A stretch of 56,621 bases of DNA from Elusimicrobiota bacterium. Its GTDB lineage: Bacteria; RUG730; JBDRED01. The stretch covers positions 1 through 56,621 of the forward strand of contig JBDRED010000025.1 in assembly GCA_043820025.1 (NCBI GenBank), written 5' to 3'. Below, piece after piece: positions 37,579 to 49,033 of this stretch. The notes under the pieces were generated by a model that saw nothing but the letters and a program-made list of their open reading frames with translations, had not been told where the DNA came from and made no database searches. The position numbers and the translations under genes were made by a program. Position 1 is the first letter of the stretch; each line of letters opens with the position of its first letter.

Positions 37579-37599
37579 TTCAGAATTCAGAATTCAGAA
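37579..37599 (+). repeat. Tandem heptamer (TTCAGAA)x3
   Basis: ttcagaattcagaattcagaa upstream of gmhB. Confidence 0.8.
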
Positions 37600-37640
37600 A
37601 AATAATAATGTAAAATAAAACTTGGGATTAAAGGGATATT

Positions 37641-38234
37641 ATGAATAAAAAAAAGATTGCGGTTTTTATGGATAGGGATGGCACAATCAATGTTGAGGGC
37701 GGGTACATAAATCACGAAGACAGGTATGAACTTCTGCCAAATACCGCAAAAGCAATAAAAAGACTTAATGATAATAAGGTGCTTGCGATTGTATGCACAA
37801 ACCAGGCAGGTGTTGCAAGGGGTTATTTTAAGGAGAGTCTTGTAAAGATTGTGCACGCAAAGCTGAAAAGTTTATTGTCTGAAAAAGGCGCGCGGGTTGA
37901 TGATATTTTTTATTGCCCGCATCATCCTAATCTTGGCGGAAAATACCGGAAAAAATGCGATTGCAGAAAGCCCGGGCTGGGAATGATAAAAAAAGCTGAA
38001 AAAAAATATAATATTGATGTTAAATCCTCCTATGTTGTCGGCGACAAAATAAGCGATATTGTTTGGGGTCATAGAGCAGGAGCAAAAGGCGTGATGGTTT
38101 TGACCGGTTATGGAAGCGGCGAATATAAATATCAGAGAAGGGATTGGAAAGATTTGCCGGATTTTATTGCAAAGGATTTAAATGAAGCTGTAAAATGGAT
38201 TTTAAATGACATTAAAAAGCGGCCGGTTTCTTAG
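37641..38234 (+). CDS. gmhB: D-glycero-D-manno-heptose 1,7-bisphosphate phosphatase
   Basis: DRDGTIN, TNQAG, CPHH...CDCRKP, VGD. Confidence 0.9.
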   Translation: MNKKKIAVFMDRDGTINVEGGYINHEDRYELLPNTAKAIKRLNDNKVLAIVCTNQAGVARGYFKESLVKIVHAKLKSLLSEKGARVDDIFYCPHHPNLGGKYRKKCDCRKPGLGMIKKAEKKYNIDVKSSYVVGDKISDIVWGHRAGAKGVMVLTGYGSGEYKYQRRDWKDLPDFIAKDLNEAVKWILNDIKKRPVS

Positions 38235-38261
38235 ATGCGCGCCACACAGCGCGGGGATATT

Positions 38262-39380
38262 ATGAAAGTTCTGTTTATAAGTTCATCAATAGGCAATGGC
38301 GGCAGGGAAATAGCTGTTGTAAGATTAGCTTCGCTAATGAACGCCGGAGGCCATGATGTTTTTGTCGTAATAAAAAAAGGCACCTGGTTAGAACGGGAGA
38401 TAGCTTCTTTACATCTGCCTTACGCAGCGTTTTCCATTAGAAAATATTTTGATCCAATTTCTTTAATTAAAATCGGTTTAAAACTCAGGAGCTTTAAACC
38501 GCATATGGTTCAGCTTCATTTTATTAGCGATATATGGCATGTTTCGCCGGCTGTAAAGATGTTTTTTAATAAAACTAAGATTATTCTTTTTAGGCATATG
38601 CAGTCATCAAATATGAAGGATTGGGCCCGCGCCAAATTATTCAGCGCTGTTTATAAAGTTTGCGCTGTATCAGAATTTATTAAAAAAGATTTTTTATCAA
38701 AAACAAATGTTTCTCCTGATAAGGTTGATGTTGTATATCTGGGAGTTGACGTAGAAGATTACGCTAAATATGACAATATAAGAAAGCTAAGGTCTGAATA
38801 TAAGATTGATGACAATACTGTTTTAGTCGGCTTGGTTGGCAGGATAGACAGAGCAAAAGGCCAGGATAAACTGGTATTGGCTGCAGAAGAAATTTTGAAG
38901 TTTAAAAACAATGTTAAATTTGCTATCATTGGTAAATCTGAAATGATAAAGGAATCAGGGGTTGAAAAACCCTATGATCATATTATCAAAAATCTAATTA
39001 ATGAACACGGCCTTGAAGATTACTTTATTTTCACCGGATTTAGGCGTGATGTTCAGGAAATTTTAAGTTCCTTGGATGTGGCGGTTTGCGCGTCGCAAGA
39101 AGAGGCTTATGGGCTTGTTGTTGTTGAGGCTATGGCAGCAGCAAGACCAATAGTTGTTTTTGACAGAGGCGCTCTTCCTGAACTTGTTATTAATAATGAG
39201 ACAGGTAAGATAGTCCCGTATTCGGTTAAAGGCTTGGCTCGCGGCATAATGGACATAATCAGCGATCCTGTATTGGAACAAAAATACGGTCATAATGCTC
39301 GAGAACATGTAAAGATAAGGTTCAATATTAATACTACAATAAAACAAATAGAGGGTTATATTAATGAAGAAAGATTTTAA
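38262..39380 (+). CDS. Glycosyltransferase family 4
   Basis: GRI...KG, EAYGLVVVEAMA. Confidence 0.9.
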   Translation: MKVLFISSSIGNGGREIAVVRLASLMNAGGHDVFVVIKKGTWLEREIASLHLPYAAFSIRKYFDPISLIKIGLKLRSFKPHMVQLHFISDIWHVSPAVKMFFNKTKIILFRHMQSSNMKDWARAKLFSAVYKVCAVSEFIKKDFLSKTNVSPDKVDVVYLGVDVEDYAKYDNIRKLRSEYKIDDNTVLVGLVGRIDRAKGQDKLVLAAEEILKFKNNVKFAIIGKSEMIKESGVEKPYDHIIKNLINEHGLEDYFIFTGFRRDVQEILSSLDVAVCASQEEAYGLVVVEAMAAARPIVVFDRGALPELVINNETGKIVPYSVKGLARGIMDIISDPVLEQKYGHNAREHVKIRFNINTTIKQIEGYINEERF

Positions 39381-40341
39381 TGGTATTATAGACAGTTTTA
39401 AAGGAAAGAAGGTTCTTGTAATAGGAGATCTGGTGTTAGATGAATACTGGCATGGAATAACAGGCCGCGTTTCCCGCGAAGCGCCTGTGCTTATTCTAGA
39501 CTATGAAGGAAAAACCTGCACATTGGGCGGAGCGGCGAATGCAATAAACAATGCCGCGTCGCTTGGCGCTAACGTAATACCGATCAGTGTTTTGGGTTCT
39601 GATCCGGCAGCTGACACAATAATTGATATGTTTAAAAGCAGCGGGATCAACTGCGATGGGATAATAAATGATAAGGATGTAATAACCCCTACAAAGGTTA
39701 GAGTTATGGCCGGATGTATGCACACGGCAAGACAGCAGGTGCTTAGAATTGATAAGCAGTTTAAAGATGATTTTTCAGAAAATTTAAAGAAAAGAATAAT
39801 TGAAACGATTAATAAATATTCAAAATGGGCTGATGTAATAATTGTGTCTGATTACGGTATTGGCGTGATTTCGCCCGTGGTTGTTGAGGCGATAAATGAG
39901 CTTGGAGGCAAAGGTATTCCTGTAATTGTGGATAGCAGATATAGTCTGAATAGTTTTAGAAATATCTTAATTGCTACTCCAAATGAGGATGAAGCAGGGG
40001 ATGCTCTGCAGAAAAATATCAATAATAACAATGCTGAGGAATCAGCGCGCAGTCTTGCGGCTGCTCTTAAATCAAAAGCTATGCTCATTACAATGGGCAG
40101 GGAAGGAATGGCTCTTTTCGACGGAAAGGATTATCATAAACTGCCTATTGTCGGGTCTAGTGATATTGTTGATGTTACAGGCGCCGGAGATACTGTTGTA
40201 GCTGTGATAAGTTTAGCGTATACTGCCGGAGTGCCATGGCTGGATGCCGCTAAACTCGCTAATGCCGCGGCTTCAATAGTAGTAATGCATAGGGGCTCAG
40301 CTGTGGTTTCGCCAATGGAACTAAAAAAAATAATGGCTTAG
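39364..40341 (+). CDS. RfaE domain-I-like PfkB sugar kinase (divergent paralogue)
   Basis: GD.VLDEY, RVSREAPV, GGAAN, SDYG.G, DVTGAGDT. Confidence 0.88.
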   Translation: MKKDFNGIIDSFKGKKVLVIGDLVLDEYWHGITGRVSREAPVLILDYEGKTCTLGGAANAINNAASLGANVIPISVLGSDPAADTIIDMFKSSGINCDGIINDKDVITPTKVRVMAGCMHTARQQVLRIDKQFKDDFSENLKKRIIETINKYSKWADVIIVSDYGIGVISPVVVEAINELGGKGIPVIVDSRYSLNSFRNILIATPNEDEAGDALQKNINNNNAEESARSLAAALKSKAMLITMGREGMALFDGKDYHKLPIVGSSDIVDVTGAGDTVVAVISLAYTAGVPWLDAAKLANAAASIVVMHRGSAVVSPMELKKIMA

Positions 40342-40352
40342 GAAGATTTATT

Positions 40353-40826
40353 ATGGCAAAGGTTCTAAAGAGGGAAGAATTAATAGAAAAAATAACAGAA
40401 CTAAAAAAATCCGGCAAACGTGTTGTATTCGCGAATGGTTGTTTTGATATTATTCATGTTGGGCATGTTAGGTATTTACGCGGCGCAAAAAAGGCAGGCG
40501 ATATATTGGTAGTCGGCATAAATAGCGATAAATCCGTGCGCAAATTAAAGGGCAAAGGAAGGCCTATTTTATCCGGACATGACAGGGCAATGCTTGTATC
40601 AGCTATGGAAATGGTTGATTATGTGAGTCTTTTTGACGAATTAACAGCAGAGGAATTGTTAAAAAAAATTAAGCCTCATGTGCACGCAAAAGGTAAAGAT
40701 TATAAAAAAAGTAATGTTCCTGAAAGGCACTTGATAGGAAAATATATTGAAGAAATTGCGATTGTCGGGGATAAAAAAAATCACTCAACAAGAGACATCT
40801 TAAAAGATATAAAAAGGAAAGGATGA
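40353..40826 (+). CDS. rfaE2: Heptose 1-phosphate adenylyltransferase (RfaE domain II)
   Basis: NGCFDIIHVGHVRYL, NSDKSV..LKG.GRP, KGKDY. Confidence 0.9.
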   Translation: MAKVLKREELIEKITELKKSGKRVVFANGCFDIIHVGHVRYLRGAKKAGDILVVGINSDKSVRKLKGKGRPILSGHDRAMLVSAMEMVDYVSLFDELTAEELLKKIKPHVHAKGKDYKKSNVPERHLIGKYIEEIAIVGDKKNHSTRDILKDIKRKG

Positions 40827-41398
40827 TTATGAATTTTGTAGATAAATTATATAAAAAGCGCGTAACCTTAGGATTTATTTTTGGATTTATTTTTATTGTT
40901 TTCTCTATACCGGACAATTTAAACTTTTTAATTACAGGTATTGCTATTGGAATTTTAGGCGAGATTATTAGGCTTATTTCTTCAGGTTATATAATAAAAA
41001 CCGATAAACTTGCGACTTATGGGCCGTACGCTTTTGTAAGGCACCCGTTATATTTAGGAAGTTTTATAATGGGATTCGGTCTTTGTTTAAGCATATTTTC
41101 TGCCCGCTATTTATTTATCGGCAGTTTTATATCTTTAGCATTTTTGTTATTTTTCTTCGCGGTATATATTCCTGTCTTAAAAAAGGAAGAAGGTGTTTTG
41201 ATCGAAAAATATGGAGATGAATATTTAGATTATAAGAAACATGTGCCAATGTTAATACCCAGGATATTTCCTTATAAGAGTAAGGAAAAGGGAAAGTTTC
41301 AGAAAGAGGTATTTTTAAATAATAGAGAATATAGGGCTATAACAGGATTAGCGGCAATTATCGCCATACTTGTTATTAAATATTTGTTTATTAATTAG
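40823..41398 (+). CDS. Isoprenylcysteine carboxylmethyltransferase (Ste14/ICMT) family membrane methyltransferase
   Basis: GPYAFVRHPLYLG, EE..L..KYG.EY..Y...VP. Confidence 0.88.
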   Translation: MIMNFVDKLYKKRVTLGFIFGFIFIVFSIPDNLNFLITGIAIGILGEIIRLISSGYIIKTDKLATYGPYAFVRHPLYLGSFIMGFGLCLSIFSARYLFIGSFISLAFLLFFFAVYIPVLKKEEGVLIEKYGDEYLDYKKHVPMLIPRIFPYKSKEKGKFQKEVFLNNREYRAITGLAAIIAILVIKYLFIN

Positions 41399-41472
41399 CG
41401 GTCAAGCGTTTTATAATTGCTTTGTATAACGCGCTGTAAAAAATGCTATAGTATTTTTTCTTGGAGGTTTTT

Positions 41473-42459
41473 GTGCAAAGGGAAAAATTAATTAAAATAA
41501 TTAAGAATTTTTCAAAAACTGAGATATTAGTTATTGGCGATATTATGCTCGACAAGTTTATTTGGGGAAAGGTAACCAGGATTTCTCCCGAGGCTCCTGT
41601 TCCTGTTGTTGAGATAACAAAGGAAACCCTTATGCCCGGAGGCGCAGGGAATGTTGTAACAAACATAACAACATTAGGCGGGATTTCGCATATTATAGGT
41701 ATTGTTGGCAATGATTCAGCGGGGAACACTTTTGTGAGTGAGATGGAGAATAATGGCGTAGGAACAAAAGGTATTATTGTTACACAAAACAGGCCGACAA
41801 TTGTAAAAACTCGTATAATAGCGCATCATCAACAGGTAGTTCGAGTTGATAAAGAGGTTCGGTCGGCAATTGAGCCTGCTGAGATAAAGAAACTGATCAC
41901 TGCAATAGAGGATTTAACTCCAAAGGTTAAGGCTGTTGTTATTTCTGATTATGGAAAGGGTGTAATTACAAAACCGTTGTTAACTGCCGCAATAAAAATG
42001 GCAAAAAAATATAAAAAGCCGATACTTGTTGATCCAAAAATTGAGCACTTTAAAAATTATAAAAATGTAACGTGCATAACCCCGAATACTCTGGAGGCAA
42101 TGCAGGGAATGCATTGCCTCCATGTTGAATCCCAGAGCGATGTTGAAAAGCTGGGAGATAATATAATGAAACAATTAAATGTGGAATCGCTGATTATTAC
42201 TCAGGGCGAACATGGGATGACAATATTTGAAAAAAACGGTAAAAAGACGCATATACCTACAATGGCTCGAGAAGTCTATGATGTTACAGGCGCCGGAGAT
42301 ACTGTAATAAGCACTCTGGCAATGTGTTTAGCAAATAAAGGAAATATTCTCGAATCAGCCTATATTGCTAACTATGCCGCAGGAATTGTGGTAGGCAAAC
42401 TTGGAACAGCTACAGTAACATCTGACGAAATAATAAGTAGTATTAAGGATAAAGTATGA
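41473..42459 (+). CDS. rfaE1: D-glycero-beta-D-manno-heptose-7-phosphate kinase
   Basis: GDIMLD, RISPEAPVPVV, SDYGKG, REVYDVTGAGDT; GTG start after GGAGG. Confidence 0.93.
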   Translation: MQREKLIKIIKNFSKTEILVIGDIMLDKFIWGKVTRISPEAPVPVVEITKETLMPGGAGNVVTNITTLGGISHIIGIVGNDSAGNTFVSEMENNGVGTKGIIVTQNRPTIVKTRIIAHHQQVVRVDKEVRSAIEPAEIKKLITAIEDLTPKVKAVVISDYGKGVITKPLLTAAIKMAKKYKKPILVDPKIEHFKNYKNVTCITPNTLEAMQGMHCLHVESQSDVEKLGDNIMKQLNVESLIITQGEHGMTIFEKNGKKTHIPTMAREVYDVTGAGDTVISTLAMCLANKGNILESAYIANYAAGIVVGKLGTATVTSDEIISSIKDKV

Positions 42460-43208
42460 AAGTTTTAGGATGTATTCCCGCAAGGTTTGGCGCAATGAGA
42501 TTCCCGGGTAAGCCTCTAAAGCTTATTATGGGCAAACCAATGATAGAGTGGGTTTATAAAAGAGCGGCAATCGCAAAAAATGTTGATAGAACAATAGTGC
42601 TGACTGATGATGATAGGATATATAATGCAGTGGTTGGTTTTGGAGGCGAGGCTTTAATAACGTCGCCTAACGCGGAGTCCGGAACTGAGAGAATATGTTC
42701 AATCATGGATAGCTTTAATGATTATGATATTTTTGTTAATATACAAGGAGATGAACCATTAGTTAATTCTGCAGATATTGATAAGACGGTTGCTCTTTTA
42801 AAGAATGATGACAAGGCTGAGGTAGCTACCATTGCTTCGCATTTTAAAGATATTGAAACAATAGATGATCCGAATCTGGTAAAAGCAGTGGTTGGAAATA
42901 ATGATAGAGTCTTGTATTTTTCCAGGTCGCGTATTCCATTTATTAGAGATCCAAAGGATGCGGTTTCATACAAATATTTAAAACACATAGGGCTGTATGT
43001 TTATACAAAGAACGCTTTAAGGAAATTTAGAACTTTTAAAAAGACCACTCTTGAACAGTTGGAAAAACTTGAACAGTTAAGATTTTTAGAGAATGGAATT
43101 GGTATTAAACTTACATATACCGAGAATGAGTTCATTGCGGTTGATTGCGCTGAGGATATAAAAAAAGTTGAGAAATATATTAAAAATAATCCGGATATAA
43201 AAATCTAG
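42456..43208 (+). CDS. kdsB: CMP-Kdo synthetase
   Basis: IPARF...RFPGKPL, SGTER, NIQGDEP, EKLEQLR. Confidence 0.96.
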   Translation: MKVLGCIPARFGAMRFPGKPLKLIMGKPMIEWVYKRAAIAKNVDRTIVLTDDDRIYNAVVGFGGEALITSPNAESGTERICSIMDSFNDYDIFVNIQGDEPLVNSADIDKTVALLKNDDKAEVATIASHFKDIETIDDPNLVKAVVGNNDRVLYFSRSRIPFIRDPKDAVSYKYLKHIGLYVYTKNALRKFRTFKKTTLEQLEKLEQLRFLENGIGIKLTYTENEFIAVDCAEDIKKVEKYIKNNPDIKI

Positions 43209-44825
<1,617 letters not shown>

Positions 44826-44890
44826 AGCGCAGGATACAGTCCCGCCCCTAAAGACGGGGCGTGGAGACAGGTAAAAATACAGGAGTGTCT

Positions 44891-45724
44891 ATGAAAAGTA
44901 GTCAATGGGAAATACAACTTGGCAGTATAAAAATATCAAATAATGATCCTTTTATTCTGATTGCAGGGCCGTGTGTTATTGATAATGTTAAAGAAACACT
45001 GTATATCGCCGAGACGCTTAAAAAAATAGCGCAAAAACATAAAATTCCATTGATTTTTAAAGCGTCGTATGATAAAGCAAACAGGTCTAACATTAATTCA
45101 TATAGAGGCCCGGGAATTACCAAGGGACTTGAAATTTTAGATTATGTGAAAAGAAAAACCGGGGTGCATATTTTAACTGATGTGCATAATGTCTCAGATG
45201 TTAAAGAAGTTTCAAAGGTGGCTGATGTTGTTCAAGTGCCTGCGTTTTTATCCAGGCAGACGGATATGATAACTGAAACAGCAAAGTTATCAAAAATAAT
45301 AAATATTAAAAAGGGACAGTTTTTAGCGCCTGAGGATATGTTAAATGTTATCAGGAAGGCTGAAAAATCCGGAAATAAAAATATTATTTTGACTGAGAGA
45401 GGATCAAGTTTTGGATATCATAATTTGGTTGTTGATATGCGCGGCATTGAAACCATGAAAAGATTTGGTTATCCGGTAATCTTTGACGCTACGCATAGCG
45501 CGCAGCTGCCGGGCGCTTTAAAGGATATGTCAGGCGGCGATAGAGATTATATTATGCCTTTGGCAAGGGCAGCGGCAGCTATTGGGGTAGCGGGTATATT
45601 TATGGAAACGCATCCTGATCCAAAAAAATCAAAATCTGACAGCGCTGTGGTTTTTCCGTTAAATAAACTTGATGAAGCGCTTGGGATTCTGAAAAAGTTC
45701 GATAAAATAGCAAAGACGCTCTAA
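44891..45724 (+). CDS. kdsA: Kdo 8-phosphate synthase
   Basis: IAGPCV, KASYDKANRS, KKGQFLAP, FDATHS. Confidence 0.96.
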   Translation: MKSSQWEIQLGSIKISNNDPFILIAGPCVIDNVKETLYIAETLKKIAQKHKIPLIFKASYDKANRSNINSYRGPGITKGLEILDYVKRKTGVHILTDVHNVSDVKEVSKVADVVQVPAFLSRQTDMITETAKLSKIINIKKGQFLAPEDMLNVIRKAEKSGNKNIILTERGSSFGYHNLVVDMRGIETMKRFGYPVIFDATHSAQLPGALKDMSGGDRDYIMPLARAAAAIGVAGIFMETHPDPKKSKSDSAVVFPLNKLDEALGILKKFDKIAKTL

Positions 45725-45771
45725 AGCGCAGATATTTGCGTTTGCGCGTGACGAACAAAGGAGTATTAATT

Positions 45772-45954
45772 ATGCAGTGCCAAAATTGCGGACAACAGAA
45801 TAAAGATGACGCTGTTAATTGTAAAAAATGCGGATTAAATCTTCTGGTTTCTCCTGAATGGAAACCTGCTTGGAAATGGCATATTAAGGCTTTGGCAGGG
45901 ATATATTTATGTTTAATCGTGTTATATGTTCTCCTTAGGTTGTTTTTAGGTTAA
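45772..45954 (+). CDS. Small zinc-ribbon protein with C-terminal TM helix
   Basis: CQNCG...CKKCG followed by a hydrophobic tail; AAGGAG RBS. Confidence 0.75.
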   Translation: MQCQNCGQQNKDDAVNCKKCGLNLLVSPEWKPAWKWHIKALAGIYLCLIVLYVLLRLFLG

Positions 45955-45959
45955 TAAAA

Positions 45960-45988
45960 AAATTACGGAGTAATAAATTACGGAGTAA
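45960..45988 (+). repeat. Tandem 14-bp duplication containing the kdsC RBS
   Basis: aaattacggagtaa twice with a period of 15 bp. Confidence 0.8.
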
Positions 45989-45991
45989 AAA

Positions 45992-46534
45992 ATGAGTTCC
46001 AAATTATCAAAAAAAGATATTTATGAGCGCGCTAAAAATATTAAACTTATTGCCACAGATGTAGACGGAGTTCTGACTGAGGGAGAGGTAATTTTTACCG
46101 GCGAAGAAAAGGAGATAAAAGTCTGGACTGTACGCGATGGCTTAGGATTCACAATACTTCGGATGCTGGGTGGTATTAAGGTAGCGTGGGTTACAGGCCG
46201 CAGTTCAGAGAGCGTTGCTAACCGCGCTAAGGAGCTTAAGATTGATTATTTGGTTCAAGGCACTTTAACAAAAAAACAGGCGATTGATAAAATAATAAAA
46301 GAGGCAGGCATCTCATTAAATGAGCTGGCGTATATCGGCGATGATATAGTTGACCTTTCAGCGCTGGAGTCAGCAGGTTTGGCTTTTTGTCCCAACGACG
46401 CTGTAGCAGAGGTTCTTGATACAGCGCATCATGTTGTGCCTATTCCGGGCGGGAAAGGCGTTTTTAGATATGTTGTTGAACTCATACTAAAAGCTCAAGG
46501 CAGATGGCAGGATGCTTTGCAGTTATTTAGATGA
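45992..46534 (+). CDS. kdsC: Kdo 8-phosphate phosphatase
   Basis: DVDGVLT, RDG.G, TGR, YIGDD..D. Confidence 0.92.
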   Translation: MSSKLSKKDIYERAKNIKLIATDVDGVLTEGEVIFTGEEKEIKVWTVRDGLGFTILRMLGGIKVAWVTGRSSESVANRAKELKIDYLVQGTLTKKQAIDKIIKEAGISLNELAYIGDDIVDLSALESAGLAFCPNDAVAEVLDTAHHVVPIPGGKGVFRYVVELILKAQGRWQDALQLFR

Positions 46535-47424
46535 TTAATATGAAAAAAAGATTTATTCGTTATTGTATTTACATAGGAGCAAAGTGGTTTTCTTATTTAG
46601 TTCTTTTAATACCATACGCGCTTGCTGTTAAATGCGGCGGGATTCTTGGCCGTTTGGTATATTGTTTGCTCCCGTCGGCAAGATATAAGGCAGTTCAAAA
46701 TCTCAAACCGGCATTTCCGGATAAATCGGATAAAGAAATAAATAAAATTACAAAGGATATGTTTTCTCATTTGGGAAAAAATCTATTTGAATTTCTTTCC
46801 TTCCCAAAACTAACAAAACGGAAATTAGAGAAATTAGTAACTGTTACAGGGAGCGAGTATCTTGAAGAAGCCATAAAAAATGGGAGAGGAATTATTTTTT
46901 GCACAGGACATATTGGTAATTGGGAAATATTCGCAGCGTATTACGCTATGCTGAATTATCCTGTGAATGTTTTAGCTAAACGTGTTTACGACGACAGATT
47001 AAATGATATGCTTTCAGCATACAGAATGTCAAAGGGCGTTAAACCTATTCTCAGATCTGAAGGCACTAAGGATCTAATCCGCGCTTTAAAAAATAATGAG
47101 TTCTTAGGCCTGCTTATTGACCAGGATACAAATGTTAAAAACTGTTTTGTTAAATTTTTTAACAGAGATGCTGCAACGCCTGTAGGCGCCGCAGCTTTGG
47201 CTTTAAAGTACAATACGCCGGTTCTTGTCGCGTATATACATAGGACATTGAATAATCATCATAAAATAACCGTTCTTCCCGTAACGTTAGATAAAACAGG
47301 CGACACGCAAAAGGATATAGAATATAATACGGGAATGCTTACAAAGATGCTGGAAGATGCGATAAGAAAGGAGCCGTCACAATGGGTATGGATACACGAA
47401 AGATGGAAAACAAAAAAGCGGTAA
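46531..47424 (+). CDS. lpxL: Lipid A late acyltransferase (LpxL/HtrB family)
   Basis: HIGNWE, LIDQ, QWVWIHERWK. Confidence 0.88.
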   Translation: MINMKKRFIRYCIYIGAKWFSYLVLLIPYALAVKCGGILGRLVYCLLPSARYKAVQNLKPAFPDKSDKEINKITKDMFSHLGKNLFEFLSFPKLTKRKLEKLVTVTGSEYLEEAIKNGRGIIFCTGHIGNWEIFAAYYAMLNYPVNVLAKRVYDDRLNDMLSAYRMSKGVKPILRSEGTKDLIRALKNNEFLGLLIDQDTNVKNCFVKFFNRDAATPVGAAALALKYNTPVLVAYIHRTLNNHHKITVLPVTLDKTGDTQKDIEYNTGMLTKMLEDAIRKEPSQWVWIHERWKTKKR

Positions 47425-47939
47425 TACCGTTAATATTACTTTTTGCTATTGTTTTTTTTGGATGCGCAAAAGAGGATAACGAGCAAAAAAGCGTTCCAAA
47501 CAACGACGCTGCCGAATATATTGAAACATTTACGCTCCAAGAGGTGATTGGAGGCGAAGTTATATGGGAACTTAATTCAGATAGAGCTGATATGTATGAG
47601 AACAAGGATAAGGTAAATTTAACAGGTGTTTTTGTGAGTTTCTTTGAAAAAAAAGAAAAGGTTTCAACATTCAAGGCTGATAAAGGGATAGTTGATATGC
47701 GCACAAAGAACATGTTTTCTGAAGGAAATGTTATTATGCATTCAATTAAAGATAATGTAATTATAGAAACTAATGAAATGAATTTTGATAATGCAAAAAA
47801 ACGTTTTTTATCTGACAGCGCTGTGCGTATAATCAGCGATGGCTCTATCACAACAGGCGAGGGGTTTGAAGCAACGCCTGATCTTCAGAAGATTGATATA
47901 AAACGCAATGTAAATATTATGATGGAGGAAACAAAATAG
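47403..47939 (+). CDS. lptC: LPS export periplasmic protein LptC
   Basis: N-terminal anchor/lipobox (FFGC), beta-jellyroll pattern, G.GFE..PDL; precedes lptA-lptB. Confidence 0.82.
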   Translation: MENKKAVIPLILLFAIVFFGCAKEDNEQKSVPNNDAAEYIETFTLQEVIGGEVIWELNSDRADMYENKDKVNLTGVFVSFFEKKEKVSTFKADKGIVDMRTKNMFSEGNVIMHSIKDNVIIETNEMNFDNAKKRFLSDSAVRIISDGSITTGEGFEATPDLQKIDIKRNVNIMMEETK

Positions 47940-48973
47940 TGCGGCGGTTAATCATCATTTTATTATTATTATCCAGTTCGTTTTTGTTTGCTTCCAGCGG
48001 CACGTTTTGGAAGGGAAAGGGACAGATTAGCGCGAATGGCGATAGTTTATCTATTTTAAATAAGGGAGAAAAAATCGTTCTCAAAGGAAATGTTAAGATT
48101 GAGAAGGACGGAATGAAAATTTACTCAAAAAAAGCAAATATATTCGAAAAAAAAGGGTACTTTGAAGCGTCCGGCAAGGTTAAAATTCAAAGAAAATACG
48201 CGCAGGGCGATTATCTTGAAGCCTATGCTGATGAACTACTGTATGATGTTAATAAAGAGATGGGCACACTAAAAGACGTTAAATCATTGGAATACACATT
48301 AGCAAAAGATTCAAATGTATTCACGATGAATGGCGACGAGGTTATATTCTTTGAAAAGGAAAAGATTGTCAGAGCTAAGGGCAATGTAACCATGGTAAGG
48401 GATTCAATGGAAATAAATGCCGAAGGCAGGTCGCCTCTTATTGTTACTGCGGATGAAGCAGCATTCTACGAAGATAAAAATTATTTTGAAGCGTTTGGAA
48501 ATGTTCATATAAATAGAGATTACGCAAATGGCGATTATGTGGACGGGTATTCGGATAGTTTTAATTTTAATAATGAATCGCAGATCGGTTATATGAAAAA
48601 GGTTTCAAATATTGACTATTTTGTCAAAAAAGATACTATGATAGTAAATATGGTGTCTGATGAACTTGAATTAAATGATAAATTAAAACTCCTGACCGCT
48701 ATAGGCAATGTTGAGGTTTCAAAGGATAAAGGCGAATTTACAATGGTTGGTTCGCAGGGTGTTTATAACGACGAGGGAGGATATGTTGTGTTTTCAGATA
48801 CGCCTGTTGTCACACAAATGCACGAAAAGGGCAAGGGTGTGTATAAAGGAGAAAAAATTTATTTCTATCCTGAAACAAATAAGCTGGTTATTGAAAAACA
48901 GGTTGAAATAAATTTTTATCCTACAAAAGAAACGATTAAGGAACAGAGCATTGACAATAATATGATGCAGTAG
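47939..48973 (+). CDS. lptA: Extended LptA/OstA-like protein with internal duplication
   Basis: Signal peptide, repeated A.GNV jellyroll motifs; located between lptC and lptB. Confidence 0.75.
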   Translation: MRRLIIILLLLSSSFLFASSGTFWKGKGQISANGDSLSILNKGEKIVLKGNVKIEKDGMKIYSKKANIFEKKGYFEASGKVKIQRKYAQGDYLEAYADELLYDVNKEMGTLKDVKSLEYTLAKDSNVFTMNGDEVIFFEKEKIVRAKGNVTMVRDSMEINAEGRSPLIVTADEAAFYEDKNYFEAFGNVHINRDYANGDYVDGYSDSFNFNNESQIGYMKKVSNIDYFVKKDTMIVNMVSDELELNDKLKLLTAIGNVEVSKDKGEFTMVGSQGVYNDEGGYVVFSDTPVVTQMHEKGKGVYKGEKIYFYPETNKLVIEKQVEINFYPTKETIKEQSIDNNMMQ

Positions 48974-49033
48974 TATACAAAGTGGTATTTAAAAATAAAG
49001 GAGTTTACACGGAGCAATAGAGAGGAAATTAAT

